This document shows positions 17,794-28,225 of a DNA stretch of 64,000 bases, piece after piece. The number at the start of each line of letters is the position of its first letter. The stretch's first letter is position 1. The notes below the pieces were generated by a model. It saw only the letters and a list, made by a program, of their open reading frames with translations. It did no database searches and was not told the DNA's origin. Position numbers and translations under genes: made by a program. The stretch comes from a virus (lineage: Duplodnaviria > Caudoviricetes), in IMG/VR virus record IMGVR_UViG_3300028186_000155; one strand, written 5' to 3'.

Positions 17794-19064
17794 TAGGTGA
17801 AGTTTCGGCTGCTTGTGTTGACGCCGGAACTAGATGCGTTCACGGTCTTTTTCGGGGCGGCAGTGCCGCTGGGGTTGCCCGCTTCGGTCAGGAACGGACG
17901 GTACAGATAAAACAATTCGGAATACTTTTTGCCGCCTTTGATCATGATGGTTTTGCCACCAACCACGTAACGGCCTGCAATGTCGTTGGGCGGCGGGCTG
18001 CTTGGGCCTTTGGCGCCGGAACCCTGCTGATAATCAATCGACTCGAAAGTTTTCACTTCGGTTGCCGAATCAGTCAGGGCAATTACACCCTCACTCAGCA
18101 TCGCCAGAAAACGCACATTCTGGTAATACGCACGTTCGTAAAATTCGTGGATGTTGAAGCCTTCGTCGGGACCAGTGCCCGGATCGAATCCAGCATAGGA
18201 AATCCGGGCGCCACGATCTTTCAACATGGCCAACACTTCCTCGTTTACAGGAACCCCGGCAGCACTGGGGGCCTCAACGTCGATGGACTCGATAGAAAAC
18301 GTCGCATCATCCGAACCAAAATCGTGACCAAACAGCTTGTGGCCGTAATTCACGAAGTGGGAAAACAAACCAGAATACGAACGGTCTTTTGCTTCGCGAA
18401 CATCCACTGCATTACCAGTGGCACCCGCACCGTCCTTGTTGTGAATCAATGTGTTTTTTGGTTCCTCTTTTAGGACTGCCATCAGGTCTTTGTAGACCAG
18501 CGTGCCGTCCATGCGCACACAGCGGGCCATGCAGCTTTGATCGCTCATGTACCCGTGTGCCGCCACGTCTTCAGAAAACGACAAACGTGTGTGCCCGATA
18601 TTCAGCCAAACCTGCGTGTCTTTGGTATCGCCTTTCGGCCCCTCATAACGCAGGCTGCTTCGTTCGGCAATTTGCTGCATGACATTGGCGCTAGAACCCT
18701 CAAACGATTCGGTGTTTGTACCGGCGCCGAATTTGGGCGCGTCGAGAATGCACACAACGTTCAAAACTTTACCGCTTGAGTTTCGGTGACGGCCCCAGCC
18801 GAACACCCGGAATTTGTATTCGGGTGCGGCGTCGGCGGTCTTGCCCAAACGAATCGAAATCGTGGTCCCTTCCTTGAGGTTTAAATCACGGCTCAAGGTT
18901 TCTTTTTCATCGTACAGCGACAAACGCATTGTCGGCAAACCCATGCCGAAACCTTCCATGATCAGGATATTTTCAATCAGGTTCATGGATGGCGGCATGG
19001 AACTACCTGCAATATCCAGCGTGCAAAACGCCATGCCGTCGATGTTGAGGGATGCTTGAGCCAT
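17793..19064 (-). CDS. Baseplate hub / tail protein (gp27/gpD/VgrG-N-like)
   Basis: Position after the wedge and tube-initiator genes; ESFEGSSANVMQQIA...; C-terminal GRYVVGG pattern. Confidence 0.65.
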   Translation of the reverse strand: MAQASLNIDGMAFCTLDIAGSSMPPSMNLIENILIMEGFGMGLPTMRLSLYDEKETLSRDLNLKEGTTISIRLGKTADAAPEYKFRVFGWGRHRNSSGKVLNVVCILDAPKFGAGTNTESFEGSSANVMQQIAERSSLRYEGPKGDTKDTQVWLNIGHTRLSFSEDVAAHGYMSDQSCMARCVRMDGTLVYKDLMAVLKEEPKNTLIHNKDGAGATGNAVDVREAKDRSYSGLFSHFVNYGHKLFGHDFGSDDATFSIESIDVEAPSAAGVPVNEEVLAMLKDRGARISYAGFDPGTGPDEGFNIHEFYERAYYQNVRFLAMLSEGVIALTDSATEVKTFESIDYQQGSGAKGPSSPPPNDIAGRYVVGGKTIMIKGGKKYSELFYLYRPFLTEAGNPSGTAAPKKTVNASSSGVNTSSRNFT

Positions 19065-19079
19065 GATGGTTCCTAGTGT

Positions 19080-19409
19080 TTACAGTGTTAGGGTGACACT
19101 GCTTGCAGTGCTGGTTTTCGCTCGTTGCAGGCGTGTGGTCATTTCATTGATATCGGGTACGCGAATTTTGGCACCTTCCGTGATTTCCCAAATATCAACA
19201 TATCCGTTGTAGACCATGACAGCCCGCCACCATTTCGGCGTTCGGTACACGTTGTAGGAAATCAGGCCGGGGTTGAACTGCTCCATTGCGTTTACAGTAT
19301 AATCCCGGTAGCTGGTGGTGCCCGTAATGGCATCATAGGAATCGTCCAGCAGCGGATCGATTCCAAATTCATCCACGCTAATAAATTCGCGCTGATCATA
19401 AAGCGACAT
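19080..19409 (-). CDS. Baseplate wedge / tail-X LysM-like protein (gp53-like)
   Basis: PGLISYNVYRTPKWWRAVMVYNG...G.KIRVP motif. Confidence 0.75.
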   Translation of the reverse strand: MSLYDQREFISVDEFGIDPLLDDSYDAITGTTSYRDYTVNAMEQFNPGLISYNVYRTPKWWRAVMVYNGYVDIWEITEGAKIRVPDINEMTTRLQRAKTSTASSVTLTL

Positions 19410-19418
19410 AGGCGGCCC

Positions 19419-20138
19419 TTACAGGATGGTGAAGAATTTATCGAGGTCTTCTTTCGTGGTGGTCCAGAAGGCTTCGAATGTCACGTTAATGGTTGCAGCA
19501 ATCGGGTTGCCCATGGCGTCAAACTGCGAATCAAACGTCGCGTTCACGTCGTTGATAATGCACGGTGTGAATTTGAAAAACCGTCCGATTCGTAGCGTGA
19601 TTTCATCGCCACCCAACTGCGCGCCACCGGTAAAATCACCGGACTTAATTGCTTCCATGTTGCCGATATGCGGACCCGGCGCAATCAACGTACCTGCCGC
19701 CGATTCCGAAGGTGCTGCCAGCTGCATGAGTTTTTTCATTTTGTCCGTTACTTCTAGATAGGCGTTATCGTGCGCCACAATCACGAAAGGAACGGTCAAT
19801 ACCAAAGAACTACCCGAGGACCACACCGCACCCGACAAATATTTCATGACGGATGTTAAACCAGTGGTGGCCCGTGCAGCTGTCTCGGCCATGGCGGTTG
19901 CCTGCCCTGTGCCCGTGGCGTTCCCTGCAACTTCCGACAAAGGTTTTGCATATGGTCGGTCGTAACTGGATGCCAACTGGAACCCGAAGTTTTCAGGCAA
20001 CGGGGTATCCAGATTGATCACCACGGCACCTTCGCGGCGCACCTCAAGATTCACAGTATAAATACTGGAAAGCTCAGGCGCAGACCGCGTAACCGTCGGC
20101 ATTTTTGGACTGAATGGATCGAATTGAATACCGGACAT
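19419..20138 (-). CDS. Tail tube initiator / baseplate-tube junction (gp48/gp54-like)
   Basis: CIINDVNATFD...GNPIAATINVTF motif; position in the tail module. Confidence 0.65.
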   Translation of the reverse strand: MSGIQFDPFSPKMPTVTRSAPELSSIYTVNLEVRREGAVVINLDTPLPENFGFQLASSYDRPYAKPLSEVAGNATGTGQATAMAETAARATTGLTSVMKYLSGAVWSSGSSLVLTVPFVIVAHDNAYLEVTDKMKKLMQLAAPSESAAGTLIAPGPHIGNMEAIKSGDFTGGAQLGGDEITLRIGRFFKFTPCIINDVNATFDSQFDAMGNPIAATINVTFEAFWTTTKEDLDKFFTIL

Positions 20139-23100
20139 TTAAACCATCCCGAAGTTTACGAAAAGAAGCCCGTATTCATCCATGATTGCAGGTGCGTCGT
20201 CGATTGAAGGCATGTCGTTTTTCGCAGCGCCCGAAGCACCCGGCGAACCACCGGCAGGCGCAGCATCACCGCCACCGGAACCCATAGGCACATCAGATGC
20301 AGCAATCGAAACTTTTTGCACACCATCAAACGTATTTCGTTCGACTTTTTCTGCAACTGGCATTGCGGTCGCTTGCGAAGGCGCTGCCATGGTCGCAACA
20401 GGGGCACCCGCTGATCTAGTCGTGACCGGCGCGTCGTTGTTGTAATAAGTTGGTGATGCAGGCGACATGGATGCAACCGGAGCATTTAGCGAAGTCGTAC
20501 CGATTTGATCGGTCGAAGTCACGGCAGGCCCATCATACGTCACACGTTGCCCGTTCATAATGCGAGGGCGTTCGGATGCAGGAACCATGGCCGGGGCAGG
20601 TTCATCGCCGCCAAACATACCGGCGACTTTATCGGCACCTGTTGAGAAGATTTTTCCGAAGCTAGGCAGGCCCGAGGAAACCGTAGGAATTCGCGGCATT
20701 CCCGGCAGACGCATCAGTTCACAAAGGCCCGGAGTTTTGTTCAGAACTTCGTTTACTTTTCCGTCTACTTTACGCAACCCGCCGTAGGCACCCGGCGCCA
20801 TCGTACCGAAAGAACCCATGCCATAAACGCCACCGATTTTTGTAGCTGCGCCAGTAATTGCACGCCCGGTTTGCGTTTGCGACCATGGCCGTGCACGCTG
20901 CCCGTACTGCCCACTTGTACCAGAACCGTTTGCAGAAACACCCGGATTTTGTCCGTTGCGTTGCGACCATGTACCAGTCTGCCCAGTTACAGGCGTTGTG
21001 GTTACGCCACCGTATGGATTATTTCGCAATTCATCACGGTCACGTTGGCGGTCGGCTTCAGTGCGCGGATTTGCTACAGAGTCAGGAACACCACGCGGAT
21101 CGCCGCCAGCTTTTTTCAGGTATTGCTCATAAAGCGCCTGCTGTTCTGGCGTGCGCGTGTTTGCATCACCGTTCATTACGTCAACGGTTGGTGGCATCAC
21201 TTCTTTGTTGATTATTTTGGTGTCATTTTCACCAATATCGTCAACCGGTTCGCCTACCTCTTCCTCTTCTTCCTCTTCCTCAACACCTTTGGCTGCTTTT
21301 GCGCCATTTGTCTCAGCCGTTTTCGAGGTGCCACCGGTTTCAGAATCGGTAGGAGGTTTACCTTTTTCATTCAGCTTTTGCGACCACGTTTTTTCAAGGC
21401 CTTTGGTGTTTTCTTCGGCCTTGTTCATCGTGGCTTCAGCAGCCTTATCCATTTCCTGCGAGGCAGCACTTTGCATCAGTTGCGGGCTTGCATTTGCAGC
21501 CGCGACCGCAGGCGTAGCAGAACCGCCTTTGCCTGCCCCGATCATTTCAACGTGCCAAGGCTCGTTGGAAAGTGGGCGATGGAAACCGTATTTTTTGAAC
21601 AGGCCGCAACCTTCCATGGCGCTGGCGCTGTTACGGTCAATGTCGATTGCAAAACCAGATTCGTGGCGGCTGGTGCCCGGTCGTGCAACACGTTTGGTAT
21701 TGCGACCGTATTTAATCCACAACGCTTCCTGTTCGGCACGGGTACGGAAAGCAGAAGCAACGTTACAAACTGTGCCCTGATTATTTTGCACCCAGTCGCC
21801 AACCATGGTGTAAAAAGCCTGTTTAAACTTGTCGTTCAAACCTGCCATATTCACCGAGTTATCATTGGGCCGCGTGTGCTTCACGCCCAACGAATAAAGC
21901 GCACCGCCCGCAGGCGCCAGCATTGCAGCCGCTGTACCGCCCCCGGCTTCGTCACCTGCACCTGTTGCACCACCGCCCCCACCTTGCGGCATGGCCATAA
22001 CGCCAACAGTGCCGTTGGATGCTGCACCGGTCCCAACTTGACCTGCACCACCAGCCGGTTTTCCACCAAACTGGCCAATCATTTTTTGCGAATATTGCGA
22101 ACCGATTCCAGAGCCTACCTGCGCAGCAGAACCGGGGCCTTGGCGCTCTTCGTTGAGCATTGCCAACAGTGCAACTTTTTCTTCGCCCGCACGTTTGTAA
22201 ATGCTGTTCTTGGTATCGTCGCTGGAATTGCGGAAACGTTCCTCAACCGTAGACGCACGGGTTTCCTGAATGCGCGTAATAAATTCCGCATCATCCATTT
22301 TGGAAATATCACGGTTGCCGAATGCGTCACCCATCACACCCTTGGCTTTGCCGGGGCCGTATTGGGTAGCTACCGAGAAAAACGCTTCCTGCACAGCACG
22401 CGAACGCTTGTTGATATCGACGCCGTATTGTTTTTCGAACCACTTAACAACCGGGTCATAGTTTTCGCGTTTGATGAAAGCGGTTTGGGCCTGTTCCATG
22501 CCCTTGCCATCGCGACTAACAATGTCTTTATATTTCTTGGTGAACTCTTCCGAACCCGGCGTCAATCCACGGAGTTCTCCGTAGTATTTTGCACCTTCTG
22601 CCGAGCGCAGGAAGTTGGTCATGCCACCTTTGTTCGAATTCAGCTGGTGTGCACCGTAGGACACGCCGCCCGGATCACCTTTGCCACTGGATACGGTGCC
22701 AACCCCACGACCGCCCGATTCGAATTTTTTGGAAATTGCACCGAAATCTTTGTGAATTGCCTCCTGCCCAAGCGCCACGTTTGTGTTCTTGGACTTCGAA
22801 GTCATTTGATCGAGAACGGTGTTATTCGGATCGCCCGGCTTGTGATCGTCTAACCAATCTTTGGTGTTTTGCCAGCCACGGGAAAACATGTTCGAATCAG
22901 ATTTCTCGAACACGTATTTTTCACGCACAGCGTCGATTGCCTGCTTACCGAACAGGCCAACACCCAGCGTTAACAGGGGCAGCAGTGCACCGCCCGCCAT
23001 ACGCCCCAAACCACCGCCGAGACGACCGCCCAAACCTTCCAGTGCACCGCCGCCAGTACCGGCACCAACGCGCTGAATGCGTGGCAATTTACGCGGGGTA

Positions 23101-23723
23101 TTTCGTTTAAAACGTCCGCGTTTATCACGTTCCTGTTTGCGTGCACGTTCGCGCTGGGCTTCGCGGCGACGTTCGCGCATTTCATCCATAACCGAGCGTT
23201 GACGTTCCTGCGCCGCGACCTGTTTGTCGTTGACGCGGGTGAATTCGCCTTCGTAGGTGTTGCCTTTGGATTCCTGAATTTTTGGCTCAGGTTTGGTCAT
23301 TTGTTTCTGGATGTAGGCGGCCAGACGATTCATCACGTCCGACATTTCCTGCGTAGCCTGCAATTGATCCTGCATCAGGCCAGATTGTTGTTGCAGCAAA
23401 TTCGATTGTTTCTGTGCCGCAACTACCTGCGTGCGGATAATCTGCGTTTGGCCCTCAATGGCCTCGGCATTCGAATCGTCACCGCGCTGGCCTTTCGCCT
23501 GCTGGGTTTTGACCGACACATCTTTTTCGTGCTGATTTTTCGGGCCAGATTTTGCGTACTGATGCTTTTTCTGGCCAGTCAGTTTTACATCGTCGTCACG
23601 TTGCATGTGGGCGTGCTGCATGAGGCGTGGCGCAGTCTCATTACGGGACCGGCGTTGCGGTTCATGCTTGGCTTCTGCGCCATGCTTATCGACAATTTCG
23701 TTAAGTGCCTCAAGAGACGCCAT
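20139..23723 (-). CDS. Tail protein (tape-measure-like) with VgrG3-like muramidase and M15-type peptidase domains
   Basis: Coiled-coil N-terminus and hydrophobic segment; FESGG...GDPGGVSYGAHQL; SAFRT..EQ..L...ARPGTSRHESGFAIDI...EPWH. Confidence 0.8.
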   Translation of the reverse strand: MASLEALNEIVDKHGAEAKHEPQRRSRNETAPRLMQHAHMQRDDDVKLTGQKKHQYAKSGPKNQHEKDVSVKTQQAKGQRGDDSNAEAIEGQTQIIRTQVVAAQKQSNLLQQQSGLMQDQLQATQEMSDVMNRLAAYIQKQMTKPEPKIQESKGNTYEGEFTRVNDKQVAAQERQRSVMDEMRERRREAQRERARKQERDKRGRFKRNTPRKLPRIQRVGAGTGGGALEGLGGRLGGGLGRMAGGALLPLLTLGVGLFGKQAIDAVREKYVFEKSDSNMFSRGWQNTKDWLDDHKPGDPNNTVLDQMTSKSKNTNVALGQEAIHKDFGAISKKFESGGRGVGTVSSGKGDPGGVSYGAHQLNSNKGGMTNFLRSAEGAKYYGELRGLTPGSEEFTKKYKDIVSRDGKGMEQAQTAFIKRENYDPVVKWFEKQYGVDINKRSRAVQEAFFSVATQYGPGKAKGVMGDAFGNRDISKMDDAEFITRIQETRASTVEERFRNSSDDTKNSIYKRAGEEKVALLAMLNEERQGPGSAAQVGSGIGSQYSQKMIGQFGGKPAGGAGQVGTGAASNGTVGVMAMPQGGGGGATGAGDEAGGGTAAAMLAPAGGALYSLGVKHTRPNDNSVNMAGLNDKFKQAFYTMVGDWVQNNQGTVCNVASAFRTRAEQEALWIKYGRNTKRVARPGTSRHESGFAIDIDRNSASAMEGCGLFKKYGFHRPLSNEPWHVEMIGAGKGGSATPAVAAANASPQLMQSAASQEMDKAAEATMNKAEENTKGLEKTWSQKLNEKGKPPTDSETGGTSKTAETNGAKAAKGVEEEEEEEEVGEPVDDIGENDTKIINKEVMPPTVDVMNGDANTRTPEQQALYEQYLKKAGGDPRGVPDSVANPRTEADRQRDRDELRNNPYGGVTTTPVTGQTGTWSQRNGQNPGVSANGSGTSGQYGQRARPWSQTQTGRAITGAATKIGGVYGMGSFGTMAPGAYGGLRKVDGKVNEVLNKTPGLCELMRLPGMPRIPTVSSGLPSFGKIFSTGADKVAGMFGGDEPAPAMVPASERPRIMNGQRVTYDGPAVTSTDQIGTTSLNAPVASMSPASPTYYNNDAPVTTRSAGAPVATMAAPSQATAMPVAEKVERNTFDGVQKVSIAASDVPMGSGGGDAAPAGGSPGASGAAKNDMPSIDDAPAIMDEYGLLFVNFGMV

Positions 23724-23725
23724 AT

Positions 23726-24688
23726 TTAATATTTCCTTCTGGTGCCCATCACCTTCTGCCCGTTAGCTTTCGCTTTTTGTTCCTGTTCGCGCCGGTCGGC
23801 AGCAAGCACCGAATGGCTGTACATGAACCACTGCACAGGCATATCAAGATCAACCATCACACCGAATTGCGACATGAGATTGTAGGCCATGTTGTAAATG
23901 TCTTTATCGGAATTATCCGCAAAGAAACTCAGCATGGACGGGCTGGATTCGTGGAACATCACGTGGTTGCACTGGCCACAACGCAGCCGCACTTTTTCAC
24001 CCACGCCGTGGTAATACCGGTTCTTGATCTTTTCGATTTCTTGGAAAAGTTTCATATCAGGCTGGGCCATCAGATAGCGCAGTTTAGATTTGAAATCCTT
24101 ACCCGGTTTTACCCAGCGTGCAATGTCACCGACGTATTTGAAACGCGGGAAGTCGTCCACGTACTCGTAATAGTCGGTCAGGGTGCCGACTCTCGGTAAC
24201 GAAATTTGCGGATGGATCAGCCGGTTATCGTCGTCAGGCAGCGTGTGCATCATGGTTTGCGTATGCGGCACGATTTCCGATTGTTCGTGGCCACACGGTT
24301 GCAGCGTGTAGCCCAAGCGTTTTGCATCTTTTGCACTCAACCCGAAACCGATGTTGTTTTTGCTGTTCACGTAAACCATGTTGGAACACGTGTACTGCGC
24401 ACGCACCGGAAATTCGGGGAAAGAACTTCTGCGCAGACGGGCCATCAAATACATGAAATCGCCGTCAGTCAGTTGATCAATATCTTCATTGCAGCACATC
24501 TGCACAGCGCGGATGATGTGCTGGTGCGGGCGGGTCTTCGCCGTCATACCGGTATGCAACAGCGGCAATTCACGCAGAGTAAATGGCCGCAGGTACAACC
24601 GGTTAAACGAATAGAAATCGTCCTTAGCGGGATTGCCCGTAAGCAAATCCCCGACCTCTACAAACGAAGCGTCAAGATCCGTTTTCAT
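23726..24688 (-). CDS. Baseplate hub assembly / tail chaperone (T4 gp26-like)
   Basis: LRPFTLRE, LTDGDFMYLMARLRRSS, LPRV, CGQC, SFF. Confidence 0.65.
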   Translation of the reverse strand: MKTDLDASFVEVGDLLTGNPAKDDFYSFNRLYLRPFTLRELPLLHTGMTAKTRPHQHIIRAVQMCCNEDIDQLTDGDFMYLMARLRRSSFPEFPVRAQYTCSNMVYVNSKNNIGFGLSAKDAKRLGYTLQPCGHEQSEIVPHTQTMMHTLPDDDNRLIHPQISLPRVGTLTDYYEYVDDFPRFKYVGDIARWVKPGKDFKSKLRYLMAQPDMKLFQEIEKIKNRYYHGVGEKVRLRCGQCNHVMFHESSPSMLSFFADNSDKDIYNMAYNLMSQFGVMVDLDMPVQWFMYSHSVLAADRREQEQKAKANGQKVMGTRRKY

Positions 24689-25473
24689 CAGACAAAGAAC
24701 GAATGCGCGTCAATGGAAACATCGAACGGATACGAGGTGCCGCACTTCTCGCATTTCTTGTGGATGCGTTGCAGGATGCCGTGGTTGTATTTGTGGGAAG
24801 CGCGGGCCGCTTTATCGTACAATTCCATGTCGATTTTTTCGATGTTGGCCCAGCGTTCGTGCATGGTGCGACCTTCCTTGATGAAACGCAGTGGCCCCAG
24901 CACTTTTTGGGTACGCACATCGGTCCCCAAATCTTTGGACGCCACCATGTCACGGACACGCGGATAATCCAGACGATCATCGCCCAAAGGTTCCGGGTCC
25001 ATTTGCATCATTTTGAAATCTCCCCACTGCGCGAATTGCTCGTTGTAGTGCTCGCAATCCTGTTCAATGAAAACGATTTCGAACGGGTTTTCCATGTGTT
25101 CCTGTGCTTCGGTATCCTTAGCCAGTTCCCACTGTTCGTGCATCAGGTCAATATCTGCAATCGTGTAGATTTTTCCCGATTCGTCACCTTCACGGGTGAA
25201 GACAACGCCGTCACATTCCCAGTTGGCAAAGATCGGCAGGTCACGCGAGTGGAAGCGCAGCCAAGTCAGAATGTGATAAAAATCACCTTCAGTCAGCTGG
25301 TTAACGTCGAAATCGATGACCATCCCCACCGCCTCGATCAGCGGCGCATCGTTCTTGGTCAAAATGGCCTCGGACAGATACGGCAGATGCATAGGCCGGA
25401 AAGGCTGTGCAGTGATAGATTTAACCGCGTATGGAATCAAGCGCGATGGCAGATTAGTTTCATCGAATTTCAT
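24688..25473 (-). CDS. Baseplate hub assembly / tail chaperone paralog (gp26-like)
   Basis: LPSR...PY, LTEGDFYHILTWLRFHS, YPRV, CEKC, SFF. Confidence 0.65.
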   Translation of the reverse strand: MKFDETNLPSRLIPYAVKSITAQPFRPMHLPYLSEAILTKNDAPLIEAVGMVIDFDVNQLTEGDFYHILTWLRFHSRDLPIFANWECDGVVFTREGDESGKIYTIADIDLMHEQWELAKDTEAQEHMENPFEIVFIEQDCEHYNEQFAQWGDFKMMQMDPEPLGDDRLDYPRVRDMVASKDLGTDVRTQKVLGPLRFIKEGRTMHERWANIEKIDMELYDKAARASHKYNHGILQRIHKKCEKCGTSYPFDVSIDAHSFFV

Positions 25474-25482
25474 AACGTCCCC

Positions 25483-25986
25483 TTAGCTGTAAGCAATATC
25501 GTCAATCGCAAAGTTTTGCTGGACCTTGATCGGTTGGCCACCTGCGTTTTGCAGTTCAATGGCGCTGGTCGTCGTGGGCCATACGTTGATCAGTTCAACA
25601 GTGACGATTGGCGTGTCAGTCGTGCGCCCATCGGTCAGTGCGAACTTCATATTTCGTTTGTAATTGCCGGGCAGGAAATAAGTGCCTGTCTCCGGGTCCA
25701 TAATCTTGTTTTGCCAATCGATTAGCCAGTTGCGCGTTCGCATCGCCACGTCTTCATAAAACGTGATATCGAACGCAGACAATTCACGGAAGCCCGGAAA
25801 CTGTCGAAATTTTGCACCCATGAAAACTGGTTTCATGTTGATGGATGGCATCGGCAAACTTACCGTCTCGACATACGACGGATCGAGGTCGAAAGGTAGT
25901 TCAAGGCAATACCAATAGAAATCGAGCATCGGGCTTCTGTCGCCCGAACGCTTTTCGTAAAATTCATCGAGCGTCAGAATAGGCAT
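25483..25986 (-). CDS. Tail-tube-like protein (second gp19/gp54-family copy)
   Basis: VETVSLP...ITFYED...W...I.DP.TG...YK...NVWPT motifs. Confidence 0.75.
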   Translation of the reverse strand: MPILTLDEFYEKRSGDRSPMLDFYWYCLELPFDLDPSYVETVSLPMPSINMKPVFMGAKFRQFPGFRELSAFDITFYEDVAMRTRNWLIDWQNKIMDPETGTYFLPGNYKRNMKFALTDGRTTDTPIVTVELINVWPTTTSAIELQNAGGQPIKVQQNFAIDDIAYS

Positions 25987-26004
25987 TATGCCTCCACACA
26001 AGCG

Positions 26005-26045
26005 AAAAAAGCCCAATGCAAAAACTTGCACCGGGCTTCTTTTTC
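26005..26045 (-). terminator. Rho-independent terminator after the tube gene
   Basis: AAGCCCGGTGCA-agtttt-TGCATTGGGCTT followed by TTTT. Confidence 0.75.
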
Positions 26046-26046
26046 A

Positions 26047-26556
26047 TCAGAGGGTACGTTCGACGTAACCGTAAGCGAAAGTCGCGTCTTGACGCAGCGC
26101 TTGGCCACCGCCACCCTCGAACTGGTATTCGGAGATTTCGGTAGGGAACATCCGGTGAATGTTCCACTTCGCAGCATCCGCACCAGTTTGGTCGAATACG
26201 GTCAATTCCGCAGTGCGCATGTAATCCGCAGCGAAACCACCGGTTTGCGTTTGCGTTGCACGACCTACAGCCGCCCAATCTTTCAGCGCCTGATAGGTGC
26301 GTGCGTCGTAAACTTCGTGCAGCGCCACGTTCATGCTGTGGCTGAAAGTTTTACGAGCCGCGTAAATCAGTTTGTGGCCGAACAATTCGACCTCAACTGT
26401 TTGCAGACTGGCGCCGGGGAGCGAAGCACCCAAGCACTGAATCCGCAGTTGACGCCCATCGCCGCCGCCCGGAATGTCAGTGAACAAAAGTTCAAAGTTG
26501 TCATTCAGCATCGGGTCGAGCAGGCTATAGGTTTCTTCCAACGTTACTTTAGGCAT
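26047..26556 (-). CDS. Tail tube protein
   Basis: Follows the sheath; T4 gp19-like pattern (ASLPG...W...FPTEI...FAY). Confidence 0.85.
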   Translation of the reverse strand: MPKVTLEETYSLLDPMLNDNFELLFTDIPGGGDGRQLRIQCLGASLPGASLQTVEVELFGHKLIYAARKTFSHSMNVALHEVYDARTYQALKDWAAVGRATQTQTGGFAADYMRTAELTVFDQTGADAAKWNIHRMFPTEISEYQFEGGGGQALRQDATFAYGYVERTL

Positions 26557-26581
26557 AAATCACCTGATTTCCTTGTTGGGG

Positions 26582-28174
26582 TTAAGCCGCGAGAGATTCG
26601 ACGGCGGTGCTCAATTGACCTGTAGCCGCAACAGTGGTCGTGAACTTGATCCGCTTGGCATAACGCGTCGGCTGGATAATGTAGACCAATGCAACGTCTC
26701 CGTTTGCAATCTGCGCCGGAGGGTTGGTATTTTTGTCGCAGTAGACTTTCGCGTAATACAAACCGCGTTTGCCTTTGATCGGGTTAACGATCCGCTCAAC
26801 AATACCGCGCAGCTGCGCCCACAAGAATTCGTCGTTAGGATCGAACAGGCCGACCAGAACGTCATATTTTGCGGTGGTTTCGATCAAGTTGATCAGACGG
26901 CGCACGTTGATATCCTGCAACGCCGATTTGGTCGATTGCAAGGTCTGTGCACCCCACACGCAATAACCGTAACCGGCTTGCTTGTGGATCATGTTGATCT
27001 GGTTTTGATCCAGAATATTTCGTTCCGGCAACGAATATTTGTGACGCACACCGTTGATTTCGGTAATGACGCCACGGATCACACCAGCCGGTGCCCAAAA
27101 CACATCGCGCATTTGGTCACTCTGTGCGAACACAGCGGCCACTGCGCCAGATGGCGGCACGTAGACTTCTTGGTTGTCGTCGGTAACTTCCAGAATATCC
27201 GAGCAATAAATCGCTGCGAAACTGGTGTTGGTGTTCAGCACGTTACGACGGTGATTTACCGCACGGGTAACGGTTTGCTGATCCGACGGAATGTCGAGGA
27301 TTGCGAAGCAGTCACGGCGGGCCTCGGCCAGCGCGATCATGGCTTGCTGCACCCCAGCATCGGAATAACCCGCGTTGATCAGAATACGAATTTCGTAATC
27401 GTCTTCGTTCGCGAATTCGTCCCAACCGCTGATGATATCGCCGTTGGTTGCGGCGCGGCCATTGTCACCGTAAGACAAATCAACCTGCACAATGGCGTTG
27501 ATCAGTCGTTTGGCACCTTTAGACGCCACGTATTCCGGGTGGTTTTCGTTGACCATGAAACGCACACGCGATTCCATGTTTTCCAACTGGTACGCGATGG
27601 ACAGTTGGCGGTTTTGACCGTCTACTTTTTCGCGCAAAGTGCCACGGTAAGTTTCTACCGGAACGCTCATGTTGGTTTCGAAAACTTGGAGAACGAAAAT
27701 CTCGTTTTCCACGTCGTTCGGATCGGGGTACATCAGCACGCGCAGCTGGTTGTTCCAGTCGCCGGGGTTCGATCCGTAGATAAACCCGATTTCGTCTGGC
27801 AGTTGGTTATGCTCGGTTGCCGGGTCCAAATAGCCTTGAGTTGCAGCTTTCGGAACCGAGAAACCGTTTTCAGTTTTGACCGCCGCGTTACCGTAATTCG
27901 CTCCGGTATCAACGCGAAGGGTCCACAAACGTTGTGCTTTTTTCAGGAAGCGTTCAGCCGCAAAGTGGCCGAAGGTAAGCGATGCATCCCGCAGGCCATA
28001 ATTGGCCCGGAATTCCGCAACGCTGGTGCTCAGTACAGGAACACCAACGCGACCGCGATTCGATTCACTTACCATTGCCCCTGTGGTTGGGTAAGTCGAG
28101 GAAGCCGATTGCGAATTATCGACTTCGCCGCCATACACACCCGCCGACGTGTTACTGCCGTTTTGAAGGGTCAT
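26582..28174 (-). CDS. Tail sheath protein 1
   Basis: SAGVY N-terminus, AEARRDCFAILDIP, VPPSGAVA, WAPAGVIRG, INVRRL, FDPND. Confidence 0.95.
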   Translation of the reverse strand: MTLQNGSNTSAGVYGGEVDNSQSASSTYPTTGAMVSESNRGRVGVPVLSTSVAEFRANYGLRDASLTFGHFAAERFLKKAQRLWTLRVDTGANYGNAAVKTENGFSVPKAATQGYLDPATEHNQLPDEIGFIYGSNPGDWNNQLRVLMYPDPNDVENEIFVLQVFETNMSVPVETYRGTLREKVDGQNRQLSIAYQLENMESRVRFMVNENHPEYVASKGAKRLINAIVQVDLSYGDNGRAATNGDIISGWDEFANEDDYEIRILINAGYSDAGVQQAMIALAEARRDCFAILDIPSDQQTVTRAVNHRRNVLNTNTSFAAIYCSDILEVTDDNQEVYVPPSGAVAAVFAQSDQMRDVFWAPAGVIRGVITEINGVRHKYSLPERNILDQNQINMIHKQAGYGYCVWGAQTLQSTKSALQDINVRRLINLIETTAKYDVLVGLFDPNDEFLWAQLRGIVERIVNPIKGKRGLYYAKVYCDKNTNPPAQIANGDVALVYIIQPTRYAKRIKFTTTVAATGQLSTAVESLAA

Positions 28175-28219
28175 TGGACAATCTCCAGTAATCTCCCAAA
28201 AGGTTTCGGGATTACTATT

Positions 28220-28225
28220 AAATTA
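28220..28225 (-). promoter_or_regulatory. Putative late promoter TAATTT (sheath 1 / tube)
   Basis: GCGTAATTTAAT, the same 12-mer as upstream of sheath 2. Confidence 0.6.

Noticed and set aside
17793-28174. Tail module as a bacterial T6SS, eCIS or tailocin
   Set aside because: Capsid, protease and replication genes in the same gene array show that this is a phage.
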